Shown in pieces: positions 1 through 7,999 of a stretch of 64,000 nucleotides of DNA. The position numbers and the translations under genes were made by a program. Position 1 is the first letter of the stretch, and each line of letters begins with the position of its first letter. Source of the stretch: an uncultured Alphaproteobacteria bacterium (GTDB lineage: Bacteria; Pseudomonadota; Alphaproteobacteria; HIMB59); assembly GCA_902521465.1 (NCBI GenBank), contig CABYRL010000002.1, positions 58,777-122,776 of the forward strand. The letters run 5' to 3'. The notes beneath the pieces were generated by a model. It was not told the origin of the DNA. It saw only the letters and a program-made list of their open reading frames with translations, and made no database searches.

Positions 1-192
1 AGAGTTTATAATTTGCTCAGTACTATGACTCTTGAGTGCCAAATGCTAGCAAGAGCATGTGGTAAGACAAATATTCACTCACTTGAGCCAGAAGATCTAG
101 CTGCATTAACAATGGAGTCATCAGCAATGGCTAAAGTTCCATTAGCTGGTACAGATTTAACAGTAGGTGTAGATAACTACCACTCAATTTAG
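1..192 (+). CDS. mgsC: N-methylglutamate synthase subunit C (GlxD, FMN-binding glutamate synthase family), 3' end only
   Basis: Not in ORF track. Frame 1 reads RVYNLLSTMTLECQMLARACGKTNIHSLEPEDLAALTMESSAMAKVPLAGTD...HSI* (TAG 190-192). ARACGK..H.LEPEDL.ALT.E..AMA.VPLAGT is the characteristic MgsC/GlxD C-terminus; gmaS is 1.1 kb away. Confidence 0.85.
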   Translation, partial: RVYNLLSTMTLECQMLARACGKTNIHSLEPEDLAALTMESSAMAKVPLAGTDLTVGVDNYHSI

Positions 193-201
193 GAGAGTAT
201 T

Positions 202-678
202 ATGGTTAAAAAGAAAGTTACAAAAAAGAAATCAACTTCTGCAAAATCAAAAAAACCTACTAAGTCAAAAGGTTATCAAGTTGTAGGTGGGGCTAAATTA
301 AAAGATAAGGAAATTAAAACATCAAGAGAAAAAATGATTGGCCAGCATATTGGCTATCGATATGATGTTAACTTAATTCCTGATTATAAGCACTTAACGC
401 CATTTCTAAAACAATATATCGAAATTATGGGTTGGGATGACTTAAATTGGTTAGAGGACATCCATATGGGTTTCGAAGGTGATACCCCTGCTGTGTTTGA
501 CAGAAATGCAAACGCTTGGATAACTTTACCAAAGAAGATTAAACTTCCAAAAAACCAACAAGATAGAGATATGTTAGCTAGAGAACTTTTAATTAAGTTT
601 CAAATGTCACCTAATCATCCCTTGGTACAGTTAAAAAGAACATACGCTAAGGGCGAGAACTTTAAGTTAGTTGAGTAA
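202..678 (+). CDS. Hypothetical protein with Lys-rich N-terminal tail, coupled to mgsC
   Basis: 158-aa ORF; AGGAG RBS overlaps the mgsC stop; globular-looking Trp/Asp-rich core (GWDDLNWLEDIHMG); followed by a terminator hairpin. Confidence 0.75.
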   Translation: MVKKKVTKKKSTSAKSKKPTKSKGYQVVGGAKLKDKEIKTSREKMIGQHIGYRYDVNLIPDYKHLTPFLKQYIEIMGWDDLNWLEDIHMGFEGDTPAVFDRNANAWITLPKKIKLPKNQQDRDMLARELLIKFQMSPNHPLVQLKRTYAKGENFKLVE

Positions 679-688
679 AATTTTATAA

Positions 689-712
689 ATAAGGGAGCCT
701 TTGCTCCCTTAT
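689..712. terminator. Intrinsic terminator, probably bidirectional
   Basis: Perfect hairpin ATAAGGGAGC-CTTT-GCTCCCTTAT between convergent genes. Confidence 0.75.
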
Positions 713-725
713 ACATTCAAATATT

Positions 726-1280
726 TTAATCTTTAATTCTTATTAATTTAGATTTTTTCCAGTTTGGAATAAATTTTATAACATCAATGTCATTTCCCAA
801 ACCAGGATTAAAATTTTTATTATGCCAAAAAATATTTTCCCAATGTTCCTCATTTTTATCGAGAATAAAAGGAGAGCATGACAATCTATAATTTGTAGAA
901 AGGTGAATAAAATCTAAGATACATGAGCCGTCTTTAACTACTTTTTTTGAGATACTTGAGTTTTTTGGAAAAGTAGCAAATAAAGAGTCTGAAAATTTAT
1001 CTTTATCCATAAAATATTCAGAAGATAAAAATTTATTCATTTTATCAAATCGATCAGCAGGATCGTAAGTTCGTTTAAAAGTGTGTTCAAACAGTTTTGT
1101 AGTGTTTACAGGATCATTTTCCGAAATTACAACAATAATTCTTAGAAGTTCATTTCCTTTCTTATCAAGCAATATAGGTGCCATAGATGAATTTGGTCTG
1201 CCATTTTGTGTTCTAAATGCCTGAATTCTAGATTGACATTGCCAATCAAGAAACTTTTCTTGTAAAACTTCAGGTGTCAT
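726..1280 (-). CDS. Hypothetical protein downstream of gmaS
   Basis: 184-aa ORF starting 7 nt after the gmaS stop on the same strand (FLDWQCQSR..., FWHN..FNP motifs); function not recognised. Confidence 0.75.
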   Translation of the reverse strand: MTPEVLQEKFLDWQCQSRIQAFRTQNGRPNSSMAPILLDKKGNELLRIIVVISENDPVNTTKLFEHTFKRTYDPADRFDKMNKFLSSEYFMDKDKFSDSLFATFPKNSSISKKVVKDGSCILDFIHLSTNYRLSCSPFILDKNEEHWENIFWHNKNFNPGLGNDIDVIKFIPNWKKSKLIRIKD

Positions 1281-1287
1281 AAATAAT

Positions 1288-2595
1288 TTAACAATCTAGA
1301 GTTGTTTCTCTTTCCCAATTAGAAAGGTGTTTATTAAAAGTACCCCAATCTTGATTTTTTAGTTTGACATAGCTATTAACTAAATCATCACCAAAACCTG
1401 CTCTAATGATTTTTGATTTATCAAAATCACGTATTGCATCAAGAAGATTTAATGGCAATTTCTTTACTTTTCCAGCCTTGTGACCTTCTGTGTACATATT
1501 AATATCTAATCTTTTACCAGGGTCTCTTTTATTATTTAAACCGTCCAAACCTAAAAGTAAAATACCTGCTTGAAGTAAATAAGGATTTGTAGCTCCATCC
1601 ATTAATCTCAATTCAAATCTTCCTGCTCCAGGAACTCTAACCATGTGTGTTCTGTTGTTACCTGCCCAAGTAATCGAACTTGGTGACCAAGTTGCACCTG
1701 ATGTTGTAACACTACCGTTGATTCTTTTATATGAGTTTACAGTTGGATTAAAAACAGCAGCCATTTTGTCCGCACTTTCCATTATTCCACCTAAGAAATT
1801 GTAACCAGTTTTGGATAAACCTAATTCATCTTTTTTATCTAAAAACATATTTTTTTTGCCAGATTTATCCCAAATAGAAATATGACAATGACATCCATTG
1901 CCTGTTAAATTTGTGAAAGGTTTGGGCATGAAAGTCGCCCTTAATGAATGTTTTTCAGCAATAGATTTGACCATGAATTTAAAAAAAGCATGTCTATCTG
2001 CAGTTACTAAACAATCTGAAAAATCCCAGTTCATTTCAAATTGACCATTCGCATCCTCATGGTCGTTTTGGTAAGGTTTCCATCCAAGTGAGATCATTGA
2101 GTCACATATTTCAGTAATAACATCATATCTTCTCATTAATGCAGAGGAGTCATAGCATGGTTTTGCTTGCGTATCCCTTTGATCTGATAAAGAAGTCCCA
2201 TCTTCATTAACTAGAAAAAATTCACACTCAACACCTGACTTCATATAAAGATTTTTTTTAGCTGCTTTTTCTATTTGTCTTTTTAAGGCTATTCTTGGTG
2301 AGGTTTCTACTGGTTTACCATCCATAAACAAATCTGAGGCAACCCAAGCTATTTCTTTATTCCAAGGAAGCTGGATAACACTATCACCATCAGGCATACC
2401 AAACATATCAGAGTCAGCTGGAGACATATCAAGCCATGTTGCAAAACCAGCAAATCCAGCACCTTCAGATTGAATTTCATCTATAGCTGTTGCAGGTACA
2501 AGCTTTGATCTGAGCACTCCAAATAAATCTACAAAGCTTACAAAAAAATATTTAACACCATTTTTTTTTGCAAATTGGTGAAGGTTAGTTGCCAT
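1288..2595 (-). CDS. gmaS: Gamma-glutamylmethylamide synthetase (GlnT / 'type III' GS family)
   Basis: GAGFAGFATW in place of GFDGSS, ECEFF, DHEDANGQFEMN, TGNGCHCH, SGATWSP, RFELRLMD; GAGGAG RBS; linked to mgsC. Confidence 0.85.
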   Translation of the reverse strand: MATNLHQFAKKNGVKYFFVSFVDLFGVLRSKLVPATAIDEIQSEGAGFAGFATWLDMSPADSDMFGMPDGDSVIQLPWNKEIAWVASDLFMDGKPVETSPRIALKRQIEKAAKKNLYMKSGVECEFFLVNEDGTSLSDQRDTQAKPCYDSSALMRRYDVITEICDSMISLGWKPYQNDHEDANGQFEMNWDFSDCLVTADRHAFFKFMVKSIAEKHSLRATFMPKPFTNLTGNGCHCHISIWDKSGKKNMFLDKKDELGLSKTGYNFLGGIMESADKMAAVFNPTVNSYKRINGSVTTSGATWSPSSITWAGNNRTHMVRVPGAGRFELRLMDGATNPYLLQAGILLLGLDGLNNKRDPGKRLDINMYTEGHKAGKVKKLPLNLLDAIRDFDKSKIIRAGFGDDLVNSYVKLKNQDWGTFNKHLSNWERETTLDC

Positions 2596-2616
2596 TATAT
2601 ATCTCCTCTATCTGAA

Positions 2617-2633
2617 TATGCAAATTGTGCATA
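2617..2633. promoter_or_regulatory. Palindromic candidate operator TATGCA-N5-TGCATA in the gmaS/amt divergent region
   Basis: Perfect 6-bp inverted repeat about 20 nt upstream of the gmaS start; a 13/17 copy lies upstream of glnB (26393-26409). Confidence 0.4.
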
Positions 2634-2828
2634 CCATTAAAAAAACAATTGAACTCAATCTTTTTTTAACATTAATTAATTTCTTTTGATTTTATAATTA
2701 AGTCAATTAAAAGTAAAATACATAAAAGTACAGGAAAGAAGATTCTAAAAAGTTGTAAAAAGATTTTTTCTCTGTTCTTTTTTATTTTTATAAAAATAAA
2801 AAGTAATAATTAATAAGGAGGTCATATA

Positions 2829-4106
2829 ATGACACTTGAAGAACTTGAATCGTACGTGATGATGCAAGCGAACGTCAGTATGGAAGCTTACTATTGGTGG
2901 TGTACTGCGTTAATGATTGCAATTCACGTAGGTTTCTTGATGTATGAAGTAGGATCGTCTCGTTTTAAAAATGCGGTCTCTTCAGCTACAAAAAACCTTT
3001 TAGCGTTCGCGTTTATGATACCAACTTTCTGGTTATTTGGTTGGTATATTTATCTTGCATTTCCAGAGGGATTTACTCCAATAGCACTTGACGGTTATGG
3101 TACTCCATGGAATGTATCTATGGGGCCAATGTTAAGTGACCAAGCCACAGGTGTTTTCTGGGCAGCATTTACATTATTTGCTTGTACTACAGCATCTATT
3201 TTTTCAGGATCTGTTCTTGAGAGAATAAGAATTAGCTCATTTACTTTCTTGGCTGTTGTTTTAGGGTCTGTAGCATGGATCTTAGCCGCTTCATGGGGCT
3301 GGCATCCTGATGGTTGGTTAGTAACACAATTCGGATATCATGATGTTGGAGCAGCTGGTGTTGTTCACATGGTAGCAGGTTGGTTTGCTTTCGGAGTTGT
3401 CTTAAACTTAGGACCTAGAGTTGGTAAATACAATGCTGACGGTTCTGCGAATGAGATTGAGGGTCATGATCTTCGTTTCTCATTTATTGGTCTTTTAATG
3501 ATTATTGTTGGTTTCTTCGGATTCCTCGGTGGTTGTTTAATCTGGGCAGGTGCAGAGTTTGGTGGATGGATAAACATTTACGGTGCTCCAGCAACATTAT
3601 CATCTTTCGCTTTCAATACCCTCATGGGTCTAGGTGGAGGAATGATTGGTGCATTCTGGATGAGTAAAGGTAACCCATTCTGGATGATGTCAGGTGGTCT
3701 TGCAGGTATATTCTCCTGTGCGTCTGGGCTTGATGTTTGGTATCCAGGATTAGCCTTTGTTCTCGGTTTTGTTGGCGGTGTTATAATTATTCCTGCGAAT
3801 AATTGGTTACACAGTGTTTTCAAGATTGATGATCCAGTAGGAGCTATATCTGTTCATGGAGTTGCCGGTATATGGGGTGTGATTGCAATGGGATTATTTG
3901 CTTCAGGCTATCCAGCATCTGGTGATATTCCTCCAACAAGTTTTGGTGGACAGTTAGTTGGATGTATAGTCATGTTCTTAGTAGGATTTGTGCCTGGTTA
4001 TGGTTTATCATTCATTATGAAAATGATGAATTGGTTACGTGTACCAGATGCAGTTCAAAAAGCAGGTATTGATAGCGCTGAGTTAAATCTCAAGGCATAT
4101 CAGTAA
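2829..4106 (+). CDS. amt: Ammonium/methylammonium transporter (Amt family)
   Basis: 425 aa, multi-TM; HD.GAAGVVH and D.VGAISVHG twin-His motifs; LRV..GID..E...AY C-terminus; AAGGAGG RBS. Confidence 0.95.
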   Translation: MTLEELESYVMMQANVSMEAYYWWCTALMIAIHVGFLMYEVGSSRFKNAVSSATKNLLAFAFMIPTFWLFGWYIYLAFPEGFTPIALDGYGTPWNVSMGPMLSDQATGVFWAAFTLFACTTASIFSGSVLERIRISSFTFLAVVLGSVAWILAASWGWHPDGWLVTQFGYHDVGAAGVVHMVAGWFAFGVVLNLGPRVGKYNADGSANEIEGHDLRFSFIGLLMIIVGFFGFLGGCLIWAGAEFGGWINIYGAPATLSSFAFNTLMGLGGGMIGAFWMSKGNPFWMMSGGLAGIFSCASGLDVWYPGLAFVLGFVGGVIIIPANNWLHSVFKIDDPVGAISVHGVAGIWGVIAMGLFASGYPASGDIPPTSFGGQLVGCIVMFLVGFVPGYGLSFIMKMMNWLRVPDAVQKAGIDSAELNLKAYQ

Positions 4107-4126
4107 CATATAAGGAAGGAGAAAAT

Positions 4127-4300
4127 ATGAATACATTTCCAGGACCTGAAAATAGTTGGGAAGGTGTGGACGCTTATTTCACTTATGCCAACAGTGAAGG
4201 TGCACTGATATTTTGGACCCTTTTTGTTATTGCTCTATGCGTGCTAGTCACTATGGCAACAGCAAGACACGAGTCTGATACTGCAAAAAAAACAAAATAA
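4127..4300 (+). CDS. 57-aa single-TM protein directly downstream of amt (below ORF-track cutoff)
   Basis: AAGGAAGGAG RBS, ATG at 4127; MNTFPGPENSWEGVDAYFTYANSEGALIFWTLFVIALCVLVTMATARHESDTAKKTK*; lies inside the amt transcript, before the terminator. Confidence 0.8.
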   Translation: MNTFPGPENSWEGVDAYFTYANSEGALIFWTLFVIALCVLVTMATARHESDTAKKTK

Positions 4301-4309
4301 TGTATAATT

Positions 4310-4335
4310 TAAGGCGGGGAATTATCCCCGCCTTA
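4310..4335 (+). terminator. Intrinsic terminator of the amt operon
   Basis: GC-rich hairpin TAAGGCGGGGA-ATTA-TCCCCGCCTTA. Confidence 0.8.
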
Positions 4336-4341
4336 TAATAA

Positions 4342-4512
4342 ATGGATTACAACACTTCAAATCTCTTTTTTCAAAATCTCATTCAATCAATAGCTGAAAA
4401 TAAACTAATAGCAGCAGTTATTTGGATTGCATTTATGATTTTTATTTTAAGAAAAATTGCAAAAAAAGATAACGAATTGATTTTAAAAAAGAAATTCTCT
4501 AGACATAAATAA
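4342..4512 (+). CDS. 56-aa putative single-TM protein (below ORF-track cutoff)
   Basis: MDYNTSNLFFQNLIQSIAENKLIAAVIWIAFMIFILRKIAKKDNELILKKKFSRHK*; fills the gap between the terminator and the GATase gene; hydrophobic helix then basic tail; no clear RBS. Confidence 0.55.
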   Translation: MDYNTSNLFFQNLIQSIAENKLIAAVIWIAFMIFILRKIAKKDNELILKKKFSRHK

Positions 4513-4521
4513 ACAGAAAAC

Positions 4522-5262
4522 TTGAATTTACTAATTATCAGTGGCATGGATCAAAACCATGATAATGAACATGTTAAATCAAATTCTTCTTATCAATATA
4601 GTTTTTTTGAAGAAATTATTAAAAAGCAAAATCCCCTCTCAAATATCTCGGTTTATAAACCTTACATTGAGGATGTAAATAAATTTAGTTTTGAAGATTA
4701 CGATGCCTTTTTATGGACCGGAGGTCTCGGTAATATTTATGATGACAATGATCACAATAAAAATCAGTTGAAGATATTTGATAGAATAGCAACTCTAGAA
4801 AGACCAATTTGGGGAAGTTGTTGGGGTCTTCAAGTGGTTGTAACAGCATTTGGAGGAAAAATATCAAGTTCTATGAGTCCAGAGTTTGGATATTCTGAAA
4901 AAATAAAAATTATAAAAAATCATTTTGTTTATAAAAATAAAAAAAATTTATTTACTGCCCCTGGTCATCATTATGATAGTTTAGAAACTCTTCCCAAGGA
5001 CTTTGACATAATTTCTGAGAATAATCATTCTATTCAATCTATATGTCATAAAAAACAAAACATATTTTGTACTCAATATCATCCAGAACTACCATACAAC
5101 TATATCGGTAAATTAATGAGTTATTGGAAAAGAAATTATTTAAAGATTATGAGTGAAAATGAATTTGAAGCATTATTAAATAAATTACAAAGTTTTGAAA
5201 ATGAAGATCAATTTAACAGAGAACTTGAATTACTGAATTGGTTAGAAAATATTAAATTATAA
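4522..5262 (+). CDS. Class I glutamine amidotransferase-like protein (possible gamma-glutamyl-amide hydrolase)
   Basis: FLWTGG, GSCWGLQ nucleophile elbow, QYHPE (Cys-His-Glu triad); TTG start. Confidence 0.85.
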   Translation: MNLLIISGMDQNHDNEHVKSNSSYQYSFFEEIIKKQNPLSNISVYKPYIEDVNKFSFEDYDAFLWTGGLGNIYDDNDHNKNQLKIFDRIATLERPIWGSCWGLQVVVTAFGGKISSSMSPEFGYSEKIKIIKNHFVYKNKKNLFTAPGHHYDSLETLPKDFDIISENNHSIQSICHKKQNIFCTQYHPELPYNYIGKLMSYWKRNYLKIMSENEFEALLNKLQSFENEDQFNRELELLNWLENIKL

Positions 5263-5550
5263 TTATTTTTTGGTAGCGATCATAATTAGTGATAAAAAAA
5301 TCACTGCTAAAAGACCACAAAAAACTGCTGCAAAAAAAATAGTGGATATAATGAACATAAATACTTTTATATCTGTAATCTTACTAAAAAAAAGTGGTGT
5401 CTGTAAAAACTGATCAACAGTGAGTATAAAAGTTAAAACAAAAAATCCCATCATAAAGCCTCTTTTGTAAAATTTAATCCATGATTTTTTAAAGTAATCA
5501 ATATTCATAATTTGAAGTAGTAATTTTATATTATGGTCATATAATTTCAA
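5263..5550 (-). CDS. Small two-TM hypothetical membrane protein (start uncertain)
   Basis: 95-aa ORF with two hydrophobic segments; fills the gap; its stop abuts the GATase stop. Confidence 0.55.
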   Translation of the reverse strand: MKLYDHNIKLLLQIMNIDYFKKSWIKFYKRGFMMGFFVLTFILTVDQFLQTPLFFSKITDIKVFMFIISTIFFAAVFCGLLAVIFLSLIMIATKK

Positions 5551-5584
5551 TTCGATAAGATTTAAATTTTAGGAGGAGACTAAC

Positions 5585-6982
5585 TTGGGTCAATATTTTG
5601 AAAATTTTAAAGACGCCTTACCTGATGTAAAAAAAGTTAGAAAAATTAAAAAGGATTTAGAAAAAAAAGGCGTAAAATACATTTATTCTAATTGGATTGA
5701 TTTTCTGGGTAGTCCAAAAACCAAGCCTATGCCTATATCTGATTTTGAGGATCTTTGTATGGGTAAAGGCCCTCAATTTGCTGTTCATTCTGTTTCCTTT
5801 GTTCCAGAATTAACTCCAGCAGATAATGATCAAATCCCTGTGCCAGATTTGGATAGTCTCGTTATATGTCCATGGGATAAAACATGTGCATGGGTTTTTG
5901 CAGATTTATATTGGAATGACAAACCTTACGATGTTTGCCCAAGAATGACGTTAAAAAAACAAATAAAGGAAAGCGCTAAATCTGACTTGAAATTTTTTGT
6001 TGGTATCGAACCCGAATTTTTCTTAATGAAGTGGGAGGGCGACAAACCAGTTAAAGCAATTGATAGAGATCCTATAAATTTGAGAAGACAAGCTTTTGGG
6101 TATGACTCAGAGTACTCAATAGATGGAATGCATTTTTTAAAAGAAATAATAGATATTTTAAATAATGATTTGAAATGGGATCTCCATGATGTCGTTGCTG
6201 AGGGCGCATATGGCCAGTATGAATTAGATTTCGGTTACACAGATATTTTAGGGATGGCTGATAGATTTGTATTTTTAAGAGTATTACTCAAGGAAGTTGC
6301 AAAAAAATATGGATATTTTGTATCATTTATGCCAAAGACAACTATTAGTGATTGGAGAGCTGGTGCTCACATTAATCATAGTGTGGCATCAATTAAAAAG
6401 AAAAATAATAACATATATAAGAATGGGAATAATTTCTCTGATAAAGCCTACAATGCTGTCGCTGGAATTTTAAAACATGGAGCAGCGATTACAGCTCTAG
6501 CGTGTCCAACTGTTAACTCATATAACGGATTTGTTCCTACAGTTGAGGGCCTTGATGGTGGCCGTCATACATGGGCTCCTACACACATGACATACGGCAG
6601 TAATAATAGATCAGCTATGATAAGACTACCACAAAATAGATATTGTATAGAAAATAGGGCATCTGATTTAACTCAAAATCCTTATTTAACTTTTTCTTTA
6701 TTAGCCGCAGCTGTTACAGAGGGTATCGACAAAAAAATGAAGCCCCCAAAACCAACTAATAAAAGTCTTTATGATTTGACCGAGAAAGAAAAAAAAGAGG
6801 TTACTACACTGCCAAGAAATTTATTAGAGGCAGTAGACGCTTTCGCTGCTGATAAATTAACTAAAAAAGTTTTTTCTGAGGCTATGATAAACAATTTTAT
6901 TGGATATAAATATGATGAGTGGTCTAGATATCATACAACTACAACTGATTGGGAAATCAAAGAATATCTAAAGTTATTTTAA
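5585..6982 (+). CDS. Atypical glutamine synthetase-family ligase (second GlnT-like paralog)
   Basis: GIEPEFF, EGAYGQYELDF, GAHINHS, NNRSAMIRLP, IENRASD; AGGAGGAG RBS and TTG start; amine- and glutamate-site residues differ from GlnA. Confidence 0.9.
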   Translation: MGQYFENFKDALPDVKKVRKIKKDLEKKGVKYIYSNWIDFLGSPKTKPMPISDFEDLCMGKGPQFAVHSVSFVPELTPADNDQIPVPDLDSLVICPWDKTCAWVFADLYWNDKPYDVCPRMTLKKQIKESAKSDLKFFVGIEPEFFLMKWEGDKPVKAIDRDPINLRRQAFGYDSEYSIDGMHFLKEIIDILNNDLKWDLHDVVAEGAYGQYELDFGYTDILGMADRFVFLRVLLKEVAKKYGYFVSFMPKTTISDWRAGAHINHSVASIKKKNNNIYKNGNNFSDKAYNAVAGILKHGAAITALACPTVNSYNGFVPTVEGLDGGRHTWAPTHMTYGSNNRSAMIRLPQNRYCIENRASDLTQNPYLTFSLLAAAVTEGIDKKMKPPKPTNKSLYDLTEKEKKEVTTLPRNLLEAVDAFAADKLTKKVFSEAMINNFIGYKYDEWSRYHTTTTDWEIKEYLKLF

Positions 6983-7999
6983 TTGATTAGTAAAGAGGAA
7001 CTACATAAATACCAATTAAATAATTTCAAATTAAAATCAGGCGACATAATAGATTTACAATTAAATTATTTAGCATTTGGGAAACTAAATTCTGACAAAT
7101 CAAATGTAATTTTATTTCCTACTAGGTATGCTGGTACACATCTTGAGCAAGGATATCTGATTGGTAATAATTTTCCCATAGACCCAGATAAATATTTCAT
7201 CATTATTCCAAATATGTTTTGTAATGGTGTTTCCTCCTCACCCAGTAATACAGAAATACCCTTTAATGGACCTAATTTTCCCTTAATTACAATATATGAT
7301 AACGTGCAAGCACAATACACTCTTCTAAAAGAAATATTTAACATAGAAAAAATTAAATTAGTTATAGGTTGGTCAATGGGAGGACAACAAGCATTTGAGT
7401 GGGCGTCATATTTTCCAGACATGGTAGAAAATATGATATCTATGTGTGGTCATGCTAAAACCACAGAGCATACATATGTATTTTTAGAGGGCGTATATGC
7501 TGCTTTGACTTCAGATCCAAACTGGAATTCTGGAAATTATGAAAAACAACCTCAAAATGGAAAAACAACAATGGCAAGAGTATGGGCTGGATGGGCGCAT
7601 GGGCAAGACTGGTTTAGGGAAAAAAAATATATCGATGATGGTTACAAAGATGCAAAAGAAGTTTTGGATAAACTTTGGAATAGAATTTATTATCGTAAGG
7701 ATGCAAATGATTTATTAGCGATGATAAGAACTTGGCAAGAGCACGACATAAGCAACAATAATAAATTTAATAATCAATTTGATAAAGCTCTTAACTCTAT
7801 TACTGCGCGATGTATTTTAATGCCAGGTAAAAATGATTTATACTTCCCCCCAGAGGATAATGAAATTGAATTAAAAAATATTAAAAATGGTGAATTACGT
7901 ATCATTCCTTCAAGCTACGGTCACTATGCTGGAGCAGGTAAGTCCAAAGAAGATTTAAATTTTGTTAATGATGCTATAAAGGATATATTGATTACTTAA
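6983..7999 (+). CDS. Alpha/beta hydrolase, homoserine O-acetyltransferase (MetX)-like
   Basis: GWSMGGQQA nucleophile motif, DLYFPP, YGHYAG; TTG immediately follows the ligase stop (TAATTG). Confidence 0.85.
   Translation: MISKEELHKYQLNNFKLKSGDIIDLQLNYLAFGKLNSDKSNVILFPTRYAGTHLEQGYLIGNNFPIDPDKYFIIIPNMFCNGVSSSPSNTEIPFNGPNFPLITIYDNVQAQYTLLKEIFNIEKIKLVIGWSMGGQQAFEWASYFPDMVENMISMCGHAKTTEHTYVFLEGVYAALTSDPNWNSGNYEKQPQNGKTTMARVWAGWAHGQDWFREKKYIDDGYKDAKEVLDKLWNRIYYRKDANDLLAMIRTWQEHDISNNNKFNNQFDKALNSITARCILMPGKNDLYFPPEDNEIELKNIKNGELRIIPSSYGHYAGAGKSKEDLNFVNDAIKDILIT

Noticed and set aside
2609-2640. Sigma54 promoter for gmaS (TGGTAT...TTGCA on the minus strand)
   Set aside because: GG-to-GC spacing is 12 nt rather than the required 10.
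2731-2783. Attenuator- or riboswitch-like hairpin plus T-run in the amt leader
   Set aside because: Pairing is imperfect and mostly A-U/G-U in very AT-rich DNA; no known aptamer motif.
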